A stretch of 64,000 bases of DNA, taken from an uncultured virus (IMG/VR IMGVR_UViG_3300044679_000029) (taxonomy: Duplodnaviria; Heunggongvirae; Uroviricota; Caudoviricetes). The notes under the pieces were generated by a model, which worked only from the letters and a program-made list of their open reading frames with translations, was not told the origin of the DNA and did no database searches. The first letter of the stretch is position 1. Each line of letters opens with the position of its first letter. The stretch covers positions 1-64,000 of IMG/VR virus record IMGVR_UViG_3300044679_000029. One strand, 5' to 3'. Shown here piece after piece: positions 9,811 to 19,364 of this stretch. The position numbers were made by a program, and so were the translations under genes.

Positions 9811-11760
9811 CTAACTGCGCTTCACAACCTCAGATAGGGCTAAAATGCCATCACCAATGAATTCAGCGAACTTCATAATATCTAGTTCTGGTACTTCGAC
9901 ACTATCGTACGAACCAGCCTTAATTAAAGTCTCTGGAACAGCGGCCGAACCGGTCATAGCAGCATGTCCAGCAGCGAGTAGAAGTAGCCCGGAAATAAAG
10001 GCTAAAGCTGGGTGCGCAAACGCAAGCTCGGCTATAGATCGTTTTCTCTCTGGAGTATCTAGATCGCCAAAATTTGTAGCGTGTGCGTGCGCTTGCCCTA
10101 GTAAAGTAAGCATCGCTGCTGTAGCAATTCCTGCTATCGGTGCTGAAGATACTTTACGCATTTCAGAGTTAATCGGAACAGTTAATTCTTCACCACTCCC
10201 ACCAGTCGGTTGGTACTCAGGAACGTGTTGTAAGTTCCAAGCGGCTGTTCCGCCTAAGGCGCCTAGCGCCGGAAATGCGAGCGCTGCGGTCGGATGCCCC
10301 ATAGCACGAGTAATGCCGTAACCCAGAGCGCTTAGCCCACCAATGCCTGCGGCCGTTATGAGTTGGCGTTTAACATTGGAATTATTCGCCATATCAGTAG
10401 CACCGCGTGTAGTTTGATATGGCTGCCCAGTCTGTGGATCTGTAGTTTCTACTTGATCCCACCGACCAGGTTCATTAGGTCTAAAAAGCTCTGGCATAGC
10501 ATTCATATAAAGATAACGCTTTAGATTAGAACGCTTTTCCATCCACGGTTCTAGCTGGTCTGCTAACTTTTGGTTAAAGTGTTCTTCAGATAGTTTCGTC
10601 CAAGGAAGTTGATCAAGCGCAGCCGTAAGAACGGGGTCTTCGGCAGCAAGTTTAATCAAAGCGAACGAAACTATATCAGCAGCAACTTTTACTTCTTCCG
10701 GAATTTTCATGCCGGGATTTAATTTCTTACCAACGATAGAAGTCATCTCTCCAGCAGTCGGGTCGAGACCCATTCGCGACATAGTAGACAGGATTTCTTC
10801 GGTGGAGAATTCATCGGTAGCTTTGTCTAAAGTCTTCTCGTCAAACTCAGGACGGTTCTTTAGGATATCTGGAAGTGAGTGTTGAATAAACCCGCGATTA
10901 ACCATTTCTTCCGCTTTTGGCATATTACTGGTTTCAATCGGCTCGCCTTTTACTTGCTTGACCATGTCCGAGATTTTGCGGATAGCGGCCATCTTATTAT
11001 CTAGGGCAGCAACTTTTTCACCGAGTTCTGCGGAAGTAATCTCGGCTTTTATAGCTGTAGATTCGTGAGCTACTTTTTTCATCATGAAGGCAATCTTATC
11101 CGCAGGGCGCATAACGAAACTTATATCAAATAGCCGCGGCGACGGGTTCCAACAAAAACATCTTCGCCCGTCAGGAAGAATCTCATTCATCGAGTACTTT
11201 AAGTGGTCACAATAATCTGCTCTAGTCTTAGCGGCGTTTCCACAAACGTCACAGAAATCCCTGTCAATTTTACATCCCATCGACACGGCGGGGAATTTTC
11301 CAGCATCAATGTCAGCAATAATGTTAGCTGCTTTTACGTTATCTACTCGTAACAAAAGTTCTACTCGGTGCATGTCCCAGTTATAAATGGCCTTCATCAC
11401 ATCGCCACACGATTTGGTGGGGTCTTTATTAGCATGGTGCTGGTATACCTTAGCTAACTTCTCAAATGAACCGACGTGTTCCGGTAGTGTCTCCCCGGCC
11501 TTGACACGCCCAAGTACAGGCTTCTCCGCGAAGGCATCGCCATTGCGGTTAGGGCCATAATATTCCCCCGCGGACATCGCTAATACGAGAATTATGGCGG
11601 AACCCTCAATAGGCTTTACATTCTTAATAAAGTCGGTTGCTTCAGACGCAAGTTTAACGCCTTCGGCCCTAGCACCAGGACGAATAATTTGTACGCATGG
11701 TTCGTTGGTCTTTGGGAATAAACCTTCGAACTGAAAAATCTTTGAAAAGTCCTTGGACAA
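9811..11760 (-). CDS. prohead maturation protease with Zn-binding insert and long C-terminal extension
   Basis: NRNGDAF, HHANKD, VSMGC (catalytic Ser), CDVC...CDH, DISFV.RPAD: HK97-type (S78-like) protease motifs. Confidence 0.75.
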   Translation of the reverse strand: MSKDFSKIFQFEGLFPKTNEPCVQIIRPGARAEGVKLASEATDFIKNVKPIEGSAIILVLAMSAGEYYGPNRNGDAFAEKPVLGRVKAGETLPEHVGSFEKLAKVYQHHANKDPTKSCGDVMKAIYNWDMHRVELLLRVDNVKAANIIADIDAGKFPAVSMGCKIDRDFCDVCGNAAKTRADYCDHLKYSMNEILPDGRRCFCWNPSPRLFDISFVMRPADKIAFMMKKVAHESTAIKAEITSAELGEKVAALDNKMAAIRKISDMVKQVKGEPIETSNMPKAEEMVNRGFIQHSLPDILKNRPEFDEKTLDKATDEFSTEEILSTMSRMGLDPTAGEMTSIVGKKLNPGMKIPEEVKVAADIVSFALIKLAAEDPVLTAALDQLPWTKLSEEHFNQKLADQLEPWMEKRSNLKRYLYMNAMPELFRPNEPGRWDQVETTDPQTGQPYQTTRGATDMANNSNVKRQLITAAGIGGLSALGYGITRAMGHPTAALAFPALGALGGTAAWNLQHVPEYQPTGGSGEELTVPINSEMRKVSSAPIAGIATAAMLTLLGQAHAHATNFGDLDTPERKRSIAELAFAHPALAFISGLLLLAAGHAAMTGSAAVPETLIKAGSYDSVEVPELDIMKFAEFIGDGILALSEVVKRS

Positions 11761-11762
11761 GA

Positions 11763-12938
11763 TTAAATGCTTTCTAGCGCGACCAACCCCTTAGCAATCC
11801 TAGCCTTTTCCGATCGCACAATATAGGCATCAGAGGCGATCTTTGCTACAGCATTGGCGATAGTAACTTCATCTTTGCCGACCAGTGAAGCAGCAATTTT
11901 GTGAAGCTGACCAGAACGGAAATATACTGCTGACTTGGGGTCTAATATAGAAGCCATTTTGTGCTCCTTAGAAGGAATTTCTTTATCTGTCGCCTTACCA
12001 TTTACGAGACGATGGAGTAGCCGTCCAGCACCGTATCCTAAAGCACCGCCTGCCACTCCTGCTATAGCTCCGCGCCCTAGAACTCCACCCGCACCTATTT
12101 GTCCTGTAAAAGCGGGTTTTAGACTAGATAGCCCCGAGGCCATAAGCCCCAACCCAATCCCAGCTAATTCTCCGCGGCGCCCCGCGTGCTGTGCGCGTTC
12201 ATTTTCGGTCTCCGCTGCTTTTAAAAATGACGCCATTTTATTCTCCTCAGCGATCTTGCCAATGTTACCTAATCTACTTCTAATACTAGAAAAACCTCTA
12301 CCTAGTCCACGAGCAATTTGTCCAGGCGCATTCGCGATACCCTGACTGATGTCTTTACCAACCTGTCCAACTGGCGTACTCCTATAGTCTAATACTTTAC
12401 GTCCGATATTGTTTGCTTCTGTCGGTATACTCGCTGCGAAATTTTTGTATTTCGCAGAAGTAGGCGCAATATGTTCCGCGATAGTCTTAAGTGGTCCTAG
12501 ATGATTTACAGCCGGCGCGATCCAATCTTTTCCGATTTCTTTATCGGCGGCTAAGTTATGCATACTCTTAAGTCCTCCGGGTCCTAACTGTGCACCAAGA
12601 GCATGCATTTTCTTCATATTCTCGGCTACTTCATAATCTCCCGCTAAACTTGCTACATTATGAAACATCGGAGATGCACCAGGCAACCCTTTAGCACCAG
12701 TACGAAGTGCGGAGCCGGTGAACTCACGAGTAACAGCCTGACCGAATCTAGTAGGACTAATATACTTTTTTATTCCATTAACAATACTTCCCTTTCCTAA
12801 TGCACCAATACCCAGTAATGCTTCAGGACTGTAGTTACTAAGATGACTCGCTTGATGAGCTATATGCCCCGCCCATTGTGCCAGCATGGCAGGGTCTAAA
12901 GCTTCTTTATCAAGAGCAGCTATTTTTTTATTCGCCAT
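11763..12938 (-). CDS. internal virion protein with Gly-zipper segments
   Basis: Gly/Ala-rich hydrophobic helices; KIA/KEA/KMA motifs. Confidence 0.5.
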   Translation of the reverse strand: MANKKIAALDKEALDPAMLAQWAGHIAHQASHLSNYSPEALLGIGALGKGSIVNGIKKYISPTRFGQAVTREFTGSALRTGAKGLPGASPMFHNVASLAGDYEVAENMKKMHALGAQLGPGGLKSMHNLAADKEIGKDWIAPAVNHLGPLKTIAEHIAPTSAKYKNFAASIPTEANNIGRKVLDYRSTPVGQVGKDISQGIANAPGQIARGLGRGFSSIRSRLGNIGKIAEENKMASFLKAAETENERAQHAGRRGELAGIGLGLMASGLSSLKPAFTGQIGAGGVLGRGAIAGVAGGALGYGAGRLLHRLVNGKATDKEIPSKEHKMASILDPKSAVYFRSGQLHKIAASLVGKDEVTIANAVAKIASDAYIVRSEKARIAKGLVALESI

Positions 12939-14175
12939 CGGGATTCTCTTTTAGATGACTAAAGATATTTTTGATATCCTTCACCCTTTGAAGATTTTTA
13001 TCTATAGTTTCGGACGACGGTATAAACGGTGCCACAACATTGCCGACATCCTTAGCCGCACCGGCGACATCCCTTACAGCCTGGACGCCTTTACTGACAG
13101 CCTCGCCACCGCGCCCAACGCTTTCAACGCCGTTCTGTACTGCTGTAGCTACTCCCTTTGCGCCCCTAACACCTTTGCTTAAAAGACCCTCTGGTTCAAT
13201 GAACTGGTGACCTAACGCAGCACCACCAACACCACCCACGACCGCTCCGCCTAGAGCGCCCTTTACAGCGTTATGTAATCTGGCATGGGGGACTGTCATA
13301 TCCTCATTCGGGTTAGTGCTCAAAGAACCTGCAACACCACCTAGAGTCCCACCAGCTGCTGCACCAAGTAAACCACCGCGTACAGCGGGAATCCTACCAA
13401 GTTGTGTAATCTTAGAAAGTGCCTCATCAGCGAAACCTGCTTGCTTTTTACTTCCACCACCATGCCCAGCAACGCTCTGCTCAGCTTTGGCTAAGTTAGC
13501 AAGTGTGCTAAAGTCCGGACCGGCGCCCATCGTAAGAGCCTCACGAAGATAACTACGAGTTGCATTTAGATCGGTTGATAGTGTCGGTGCGAACCGCTTG
13601 AAACTAATGTAGGCCTCCATAACGCGGGTTGGATTAGCACGTGAAATAATCGGGTCATCGGCCATCAGATGCTTCAAAATCGTGGTTGCACTGGGCTGTG
13701 TAAGATGCTCGATTAAAGACTTAATCCCAAGACCAAGCCCAGCAATGCTAGCACCAGCGACAGCTCCACCTACAGCCTTCCCGGCGCCGGACATAAAGTT
13801 TTGTCCAAATGAACCAGCCCCGCCAAAACCACCAGCAATCTTGGTAGTTGCACTCTGGACTGCTAATTTTCGCAGTTCACTATTCTTAGAAAAATCACCC
13901 ATCTCTGAACTCCTTCCAAGTGCTTCCTGGTTATTCCATTTAGCTGCGTTTTGATCTCGCATTGCTGATCTATCAAACTCTAAGGCGGCTATAGGAATTG
14001 TAGTTCCCACAGCCAGATATGGTAGGGCAGGACTTTTGAGTAGCGCCTTTATACCCTTTTTCAGGATGAACCTCGGCGTTGTTACTTGACTAGCCAAACT
14101 ACTCCCGACATTACCGATAGCATTAGCCGCCGGCGCCAGATTTTGACGTAGTAAATGTAATAACGCCGCATTCAT
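12928..14175 (-). CDS. internal virion protein with Gly-zipper segments
   Basis: GGLLGAAAGGTLGGVAG and GALGGAVVGGVGG segments; KIA/KQA motifs. Confidence 0.5.
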   Translation of the reverse strand: MNAALLHLLRQNLAPAANAIGNVGSSLASQVTTPRFILKKGIKALLKSPALPYLAVGTTIPIAALEFDRSAMRDQNAAKWNNQEALGRSSEMGDFSKNSELRKLAVQSATTKIAGGFGGAGSFGQNFMSGAGKAVGGAVAGASIAGLGLGIKSLIEHLTQPSATTILKHLMADDPIISRANPTRVMEAYISFKRFAPTLSTDLNATRSYLREALTMGAGPDFSTLANLAKAEQSVAGHGGGSKKQAGFADEALSKITQLGRIPAVRGGLLGAAAGGTLGGVAGSLSTNPNEDMTVPHARLHNAVKGALGGAVVGGVGGAALGHQFIEPEGLLSKGVRGAKGVATAVQNGVESVGRGGEAVSKGVQAVRDVAGAAKDVGNVVAPFIPSSETIDKNLQRVKDIKNIFSHLKENPDGE

Positions 14176-14951
14176 TAAATAAGTCCGTTCTCCCGCAACT
14201 TTTTATTTAGCTTACCATTAGCCACTGCTAACTTGATACAGGTGTTGTAAGCCTCAAGTGCCTGATTTGCAAGTTTAAATATTGGATTACTTGTATCTAC
14301 AACTTCTGCCTGCTTTACCAACCCAACCGGCTTAGCAAGTCGCGCTCGCGTAGACACGTCAACTAGTAAACACTCAGCAGTCTTACCAAGCACAGAATGA
14401 ATATCAGCTATAAGTGCTGGCGCTTCAGCAGCGTCAAATTTACGAACCTCTGTCGCCATCTTTTCGACAAAAAGCTTATAGACTTCTTTCGCCTCTAGAA
14501 GTTTGCCTTCCATCTCTGAAGCAATCTTACGTACAGCAAGACGGTTCTTAGAGTCAGCAAATGTTAGAGTAGCGTACTCGTCGTACTTTGGAACTTCGGT
14601 CCAAGATGCGGTCTTGTCAAAGCTAGCATTCTTTTCTGGTAGCGGAGTGCCGAAGTCAAGAGTCGAGTCGTCCGGATTACTTACTGCTGGCGGCTCACCG
14701 TAAAACTCTTGAAGAATCGCATCCGGGTCGGCAACGGGAAACTCAACTATCTTGTCGGCCGACTGCTTCTCGAATAACTCTAGGTGCGTACGAACGTTAG
14801 TGATTCGTGTTAGCTGACGAATTTGGTCTGGGTTAAGATGAAGTTCATGCGCCACCTTAATAACACCTTTGGCTAATTCGGTGCCGTTCTTCAGGAAGTC
14901 TCCTGAAATAGAATCAGCCAATTTTTCAAACTGTGACTCGGATAGGATCAT
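14175..14951 (-). CDS. putative virion protein
   Basis: KTAS/KIAS/KQA motifs; coupled to the operon. Confidence 0.55.
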   Translation of the reverse strand: MILSESQFEKLADSISGDFLKNGTELAKGVIKVAHELHLNPDQIRQLTRITNVRTHLELFEKQSADKIVEFPVADPDAILQEFYGEPPAVSNPDDSTLDFGTPLPEKNASFDKTASWTEVPKYDEYATLTFADSKNRLAVRKIASEMEGKLLEAKEVYKLFVEKMATEVRKFDAAEAPALIADIHSVLGKTAECLLVDVSTRARLAKPVGLVKQAEVVDTSNPIFKLANQALEAYNTCIKLAVANGKLNKKLRENGLI

Positions 14952-14960
14952 ACATTCTCC

Positions 14961-15641
14961 TTAATGAACAAGTTCATCTAAATTAACGGCGACCTGCTCC
15001 GTCGTGGTCTGGTCGATAGCCTTTAGAACCAACTCGAACTCGTCTTTAACAGCTTCGGTGGCTGGCTTAACGCTGACATACGCGACCATGGCTTTGATAG
15101 CAGCATCCATCCAATGACGCGCTTCTTTGGTGGATTCTGAATCCAGTGGATTAAGTCTTGCGGCTCGCGACAAAAAACTAGCATTGGCAATCATCTCGTT
15201 TAGTGAAGTCGTAATATCGATAGTAATAGGACCACGGCTAAAACGGTACTTCATGTAATTTAAACCCAATGTTAATGCACAACATTTTAAGTCGTGCCCC
15301 CAAGAAGTAGGGGTCTTCGGGTAAGTTTGGGCGTATGCCTCTACGTCTAACTCATCTTTGAATACCGACGTGTCGAAGAATAGATTGTGGTAAACCTTAG
15401 TAACTTCTTTTGGAATTTTTAGAGTATTCCAGATATCGTCTTCTGTAGCTTTAGCAAGCACAAACGCTTCTAAAACTTCACGCTTAAAGTTATCACTGAA
15501 AATGTTATAGGCATAAGTCACCGTCTCATCCGCAGTGACTCCGTTAGTCAATAACTCAACTAGACTCTTTTCGGAATCATTAGCAGGAAGTTCGCCTGAC
15601 TTAAGTTCGTGGAACCTGTGATTAAGTGATATTGTGGGCAT
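14961..15641 (-). CDS. hypothetical protein
   Basis: 226-aa ORF in the operon. Confidence 0.6.
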   Translation of the reverse strand: MPTISLNHRFHELKSGELPANDSEKSLVELLTNGVTADETVTYAYNIFSDNFKREVLEAFVLAKATEDDIWNTLKIPKEVTKVYHNLFFDTSVFKDELDVEAYAQTYPKTPTSWGHDLKCCALTLGLNYMKYRFSRGPITIDITTSLNEMIANASFLSRAARLNPLDSESTKEARHWMDAAIKAMVAYVSVKPATEAVKDEFELVLKAIDQTTTEQVAVNLDELVH

Positions 15642-15840
15642 GAATACGCTCTATGTGTGCTAAAAATTCTTCACCAGACATCTCACGTTTAGCGTAATTA
15701 CAGGTGTGGCAGCACGTTTGGCTCTCGCCCCCACAAATACGACACCCTGCTATCCAAGTAGTTCTTCCTAATTTAGTTTTATTCCCAACTCTTATTACTA
15801 CTCGGTTGCCGAATATTTGACCTGTATAATTTTTATACAT
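15622..15840 (-). pseudogene. internally deleted HNH homing-endonuclease remnant
   Basis: N-terminal TGQIFGNRVVI...W..GCRICG joined directly to C-terminal CCHTCNYAKREMS.EEF..HI.RI; the central HNH segment is missing. Confidence 0.55.
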
Positions 15841-18536
15841 TAATTAGTACTCGCTAATTCTGGTGATTGCTGCGTCGTGTCAAAGGCTCCACGCTCTATT
15901 CGTAGTAAGAGTTCACCGAAGCCCTTGAACGTAGCCCTGATACGATCCTCAAAATCACTATAGGCCTGGTCGCCTAGAGCAGGCTTCAAGTCAGCAGACT
16001 CCACCCAGAACGAAAGTAGGATTCGGCCGAGATGGTCTAGACCTTGTTCAAGTGTCGGCATGTAATTAGACACTAGATCGTGTAGTTTACTATGGTCAAC
16101 GACAGAAGCAATGGCCGCTGTATCGAATGCCTGCGCGTCGTTAGTTCCTGCGGCTGATTGCATGGCTGCTGGATCCACCCCGCTATGCGAGTCCTGTGTG
16201 TCTTCTAGAGATTGAATTGCCTGTGACTGTTCCTTGGGGATACCTTGCGATAATTCCTGCATTCTTTGGGTAATCGATTGCATCGCCGCCATCTGTGTTT
16301 CAAGCGCCTTCTGTTTATTGGATAGCTCAGCAATGTTCATCTCCATCGACTTCTGAACAGTGTCTTGAACTTCCTGAATGGCCTGTTGCATCAGCTGTCC
16401 AGGATCTGGCTGAGCTGGTTGTTGAGAAGGATCTTGTGATGGGTCCATCGCACCATTAGCCTGCATCTGTGCCATAGCTTGCGCATGCGGGTCTTGCTGC
16501 TCTTGTCCGGCGTCTGCCTCAGCCTTTGGCTTACTATCTCCCGCTAATTTTGGCTGAATGTTCTCAGCGCCAATACCGAGTAGATTGCCCATTTTAACCT
16601 GATCGAGCATACGCCCCAATAGCGGCTTTCCCGGATTATTCCCAGGAAGATAACCAAGAATTCCACGAGTGACTGGTTTCGCCGTATTAATATCACCGCC
16701 AGCGGCTGTTAAACTAGCAATCTTCTTCATCTCTTGCCCGAGTGCTTCAAAGGCGTCGGCAGGAATAAGCATGAACTCAACTGAACCGTTATCTTCTGCG
16801 GCCTTAACTAGCTCAACACAGGTCGGAACGCGCAAATCGAGTTCTTTAGCCATACCGACAATAGTCTCAACGCGATCACCGACAAAAGAACCGTTAACGT
16901 AGAACGAGCCGTCTGATGCTTCTTTGATAGTAACAGGATGTGCACCAATACCCCTAAAGTGATCCAAGAACATAGAAGTTATGTCTTTTGGGTTACGTAA
17001 GAACCTACTGGGCTCTGTTTCTCGCTTAACTCGATAGGCAGAGAAATCAGCCGGGACATAGGCAATATTAGAACCTTCTGGAACCGTAATCTTCATCACC
17101 GGTGACTTAGGATCTGTTACGACAGTAAGACCTTGGCCCCACTCGTCGCAGCTAATCCTACGAGTACCCATAGAGTCGGTAGCAGTGCTAGTAACCTTAA
17201 CTGGTAAGGTGGCCTCAAACCGCTGTCCACGCTTACGGAGGAATAGAACTTCGTTGCCCCCTTGTGGACTGTCGCCCTTCTCACCAAACATTTTAGCTAG
17301 ATCGGTCCCCATCACTTCTTGTGAAGTTGCGGGACTGCCGACCAACGGATGCTCCGTTGTGAAGAATTTACGGTCGCCAGTAATACAGAGATACTGTTGT
17401 TCTGGAAGATTATCGCTAGGATGAAAACTACGGTCACCTTGCCAGGTAGGATTTTCGTTCTTAGGTTCTAGTCCGTCGTCGCCAAAACGATTACGACCAC
17501 CTGCCCGAGCATTACCAGGACGAGTATCATAACGGAAACCATTAGTACCACCCATCCCATGACCGTCTGATTTAAGATTAATTGGATTTACTACAACGAG
17601 AACAGTCTCAGACTTTCCATCAGATGTAAAGACCTTATAGAATCCGTTTAACTTAGCTTCAGTTAGACGAAGTTGCTCTTCAGTATTAACGGCTTGATTA
17701 GTCTTTTTACGTCCGTCTTTGGAGTAGAAACCTTCCATCGCAAGGCCGCGCATTACCGCCGGGGTCTCGTCACCGAAGATCTCTTTGAAGTTGGCCTTGT
17801 CCGACTTACCGTCGACGATATACAAGGCGCCAGTAGATGTCATATGACCACCGTAGTCGGCGGTCTTTTCAGTTCTCGGAGTAAGACCGTGCTTGATAGT
17901 CTCATAGCCGTAAATATTCGAAGCGGTCTTTAGAAGATCTGGATGGGCTAGGAATGTGTTACGTAGAAGCGCGCGTTCATGATTACCACACTCTTCTAGA
18001 AATTTAGGAAGACGAAGATTATCAGCAGATGCAAAGCTATATCTGCCTGTAGTGGGCGGAACCACAAGATTTCTGATATCTTGGTCGGTGGTCAAACTCT
18101 GGGGAGTTTTGACACCAACTCCTAGTTGAGGAACTTTATTGTTAGAAACCTCATCTATCCACCCGTCACTAAGGGGTAAAAACATATCCAAGGCCTTAAC
18201 GTACATCAGTTCCATCGGCTTAAGCGAATTCTCGGCCAAAACTGCCGGAACGTAAATAATCTGGTTATTAACCTTTAGTACGAAAGAACCAACGGCAATC
18301 CCCTTATCGATATCTGCGTTTAAAACTTTGAATGTAATGACATCTTGTGCGAGTTGTGGATGCTTATTAAGTAACATCTGTTGGGCTGACTGTGAGAAGG
18401 TCTGCTCGAATGCAGCGTCCTCATCACCACCGCCCTGACCTTGCTGGGGTTGAGCCTGTGGTTGTCCTTGCTGTCCTTGACCCGGTTGGGGAAAGGAACC
18501 GGCACTCTGGTCTGTTTGTGGCGCACCGAATGGCAT
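15840..18536 (-). CDS. large virion/internal protein (~900 aa)
   Basis: Q-rich termini; KTA/KEA/KIA/KLA motifs; GAGG SD supports a start at MPFGAPQ. Confidence 0.6.
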   Translation of the reverse strand: MPFGAPQTDQSAGSFPQPGQGQQGQPQAQPQQGQGGGDEDAAFEQTFSQSAQQMLLNKHPQLAQDVITFKVLNADIDKGIAVGSFVLKVNNQIIYVPAVLAENSLKPMELMYVKALDMFLPLSDGWIDEVSNNKVPQLGVGVKTPQSLTTDQDIRNLVVPPTTGRYSFASADNLRLPKFLEECGNHERALLRNTFLAHPDLLKTASNIYGYETIKHGLTPRTEKTADYGGHMTSTGALYIVDGKSDKANFKEIFGDETPAVMRGLAMEGFYSKDGRKKTNQAVNTEEQLRLTEAKLNGFYKVFTSDGKSETVLVVVNPINLKSDGHGMGGTNGFRYDTRPGNARAGGRNRFGDDGLEPKNENPTWQGDRSFHPSDNLPEQQYLCITGDRKFFTTEHPLVGSPATSQEVMGTDLAKMFGEKGDSPQGGNEVLFLRKRGQRFEATLPVKVTSTATDSMGTRRISCDEWGQGLTVVTDPKSPVMKITVPEGSNIAYVPADFSAYRVKRETEPSRFLRNPKDITSMFLDHFRGIGAHPVTIKEASDGSFYVNGSFVGDRVETIVGMAKELDLRVPTCVELVKAAEDNGSVEFMLIPADAFEALGQEMKKIASLTAAGGDINTAKPVTRGILGYLPGNNPGKPLLGRMLDQVKMGNLLGIGAENIQPKLAGDSKPKAEADAGQEQQDPHAQAMAQMQANGAMDPSQDPSQQPAQPDPGQLMQQAIQEVQDTVQKSMEMNIAELSNKQKALETQMAAMQSITQRMQELSQGIPKEQSQAIQSLEDTQDSHSGVDPAAMQSAAGTNDAQAFDTAAIASVVDHSKLHDLVSNYMPTLEQGLDHLGRILLSFWVESADLKPALGDQAYSDFEDRIRATFKGFGELLLRIERGAFDTTQQSPELASTN

Positions 18537-18584
18537 AATTAGACCTCTAATGTTGATATTCAATTATAGTATCTGAGACTAATA

Positions 18585-19271
18585 CTACTGCTCTTTGTAA
18601 TGTGGGTTGTCAGAGAACGCAATCTTACATCCTCTGGACATATTTTCGGACCCCCACTCTGGGCGGTGATTTGTATAATGACAGACTTCTCGCTGCTGTG
18701 CGGGGTCATCCAGGTTATCAAACGCGGCAAATGGTTTAATATGATCGTCATGCCACGCTGTTCCTTGGTTTTCCCAGGTCATTCCCGGTTTAAATAACGA
18801 TTCTATATAGGTATGGAAAAACTCAGCAGTGCAGCCTAGAAGTTCAAGAGTTTTAGCTGATTTTGTGTGGCCTTTTAGGGCTTCCAGTGTACGCGTGCGT
18901 AAATTGCGTATTAATTTAAACAGTGGGTCAGTATCTAGTTTAAATCTAATTCTTGCGCAGGATTTACGTATCAATTCTTCGCGGTTTGTATTATAATATT
19001 CGGCCTTATTAGAGGATACCTTATCTGAGTTTGCTGCTTGCCACGCCTTACTGCTAGCTATTGCTTTTTCTGGATTCGCTGCGTACGACGCCTTATGTCT
19101 ATCGCGGTCACATGTAAGACATATAGTGTTCAAACCATCTTTAGACGCACGCTGCTTGCTAAAATTTATATATGGAACTAGGTGTTTCGGTTGATTCCCG
19201 AAACCCCTACATTCTTTCTCCCACGAATTTGAAACAAAATTAAAAACTCTTAACGCTGGTTTACCTGTCAT
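18585..19271 (-). CDS. free-standing HNH-type homing endonuclease
   Basis: CLTC Zn motif, basic linker, WEN.G..WH.DHIKP...CHYTN.RP.W..EN C-terminus; own promoter at 19281-19309. Confidence 0.75.
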   Translation of the reverse strand: MTGKPALRVFNFVSNSWEKECRGFGNQPKHLVPYINFSKQRASKDGLNTICLTCDRDRHKASYAANPEKAIASSKAWQAANSDKVSSNKAEYYNTNREELIRKSCARIRFKLDTDPLFKLIRNLRTRTLEALKGHTKSAKTLELLGCTAEFFHTYIESLFKPGMTWENQGTAWHDDHIKPFAAFDNLDDPAQQREVCHYTNHRPEWGSENMSRGCKIAFSDNPHYKEQ

Positions 19272-19280
19272 ATCAGTTAT

Positions 19281-19309
19281 AGTATAACAATCTCGCGGCT
19301 ATTTGTCAA
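19281..19309 (-). promoter_or_regulatory. sigma70-type promoter TTGACA-17-TATACT
   Basis: Consensus spacing, directly upstream of the HNH gene. Confidence 0.7.
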
Positions 19310-19310
19310 C

Positions 19311-19335
19311 AAAAAAGCCATCTCAAAGAGATGGC
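19311..19335 (-). terminator. intrinsic terminator
   Basis: GCCATCTC-aaa-GAGATGGC hairpin with U6 on the minus strand. Confidence 0.7.
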
Positions 19336-19364
19336 CCATTTGCTAGTGCACCTGCTTGGGAATT

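Noticed and set aside
9314-13954. Plus-strand shadow ORFs opposite the head genes (e.g. 9314, 9845, 11935, 13316, 13682)
   Set aside because: They are antisense to well-supported genes, have no SD, and have a composition typical of reverse frames.
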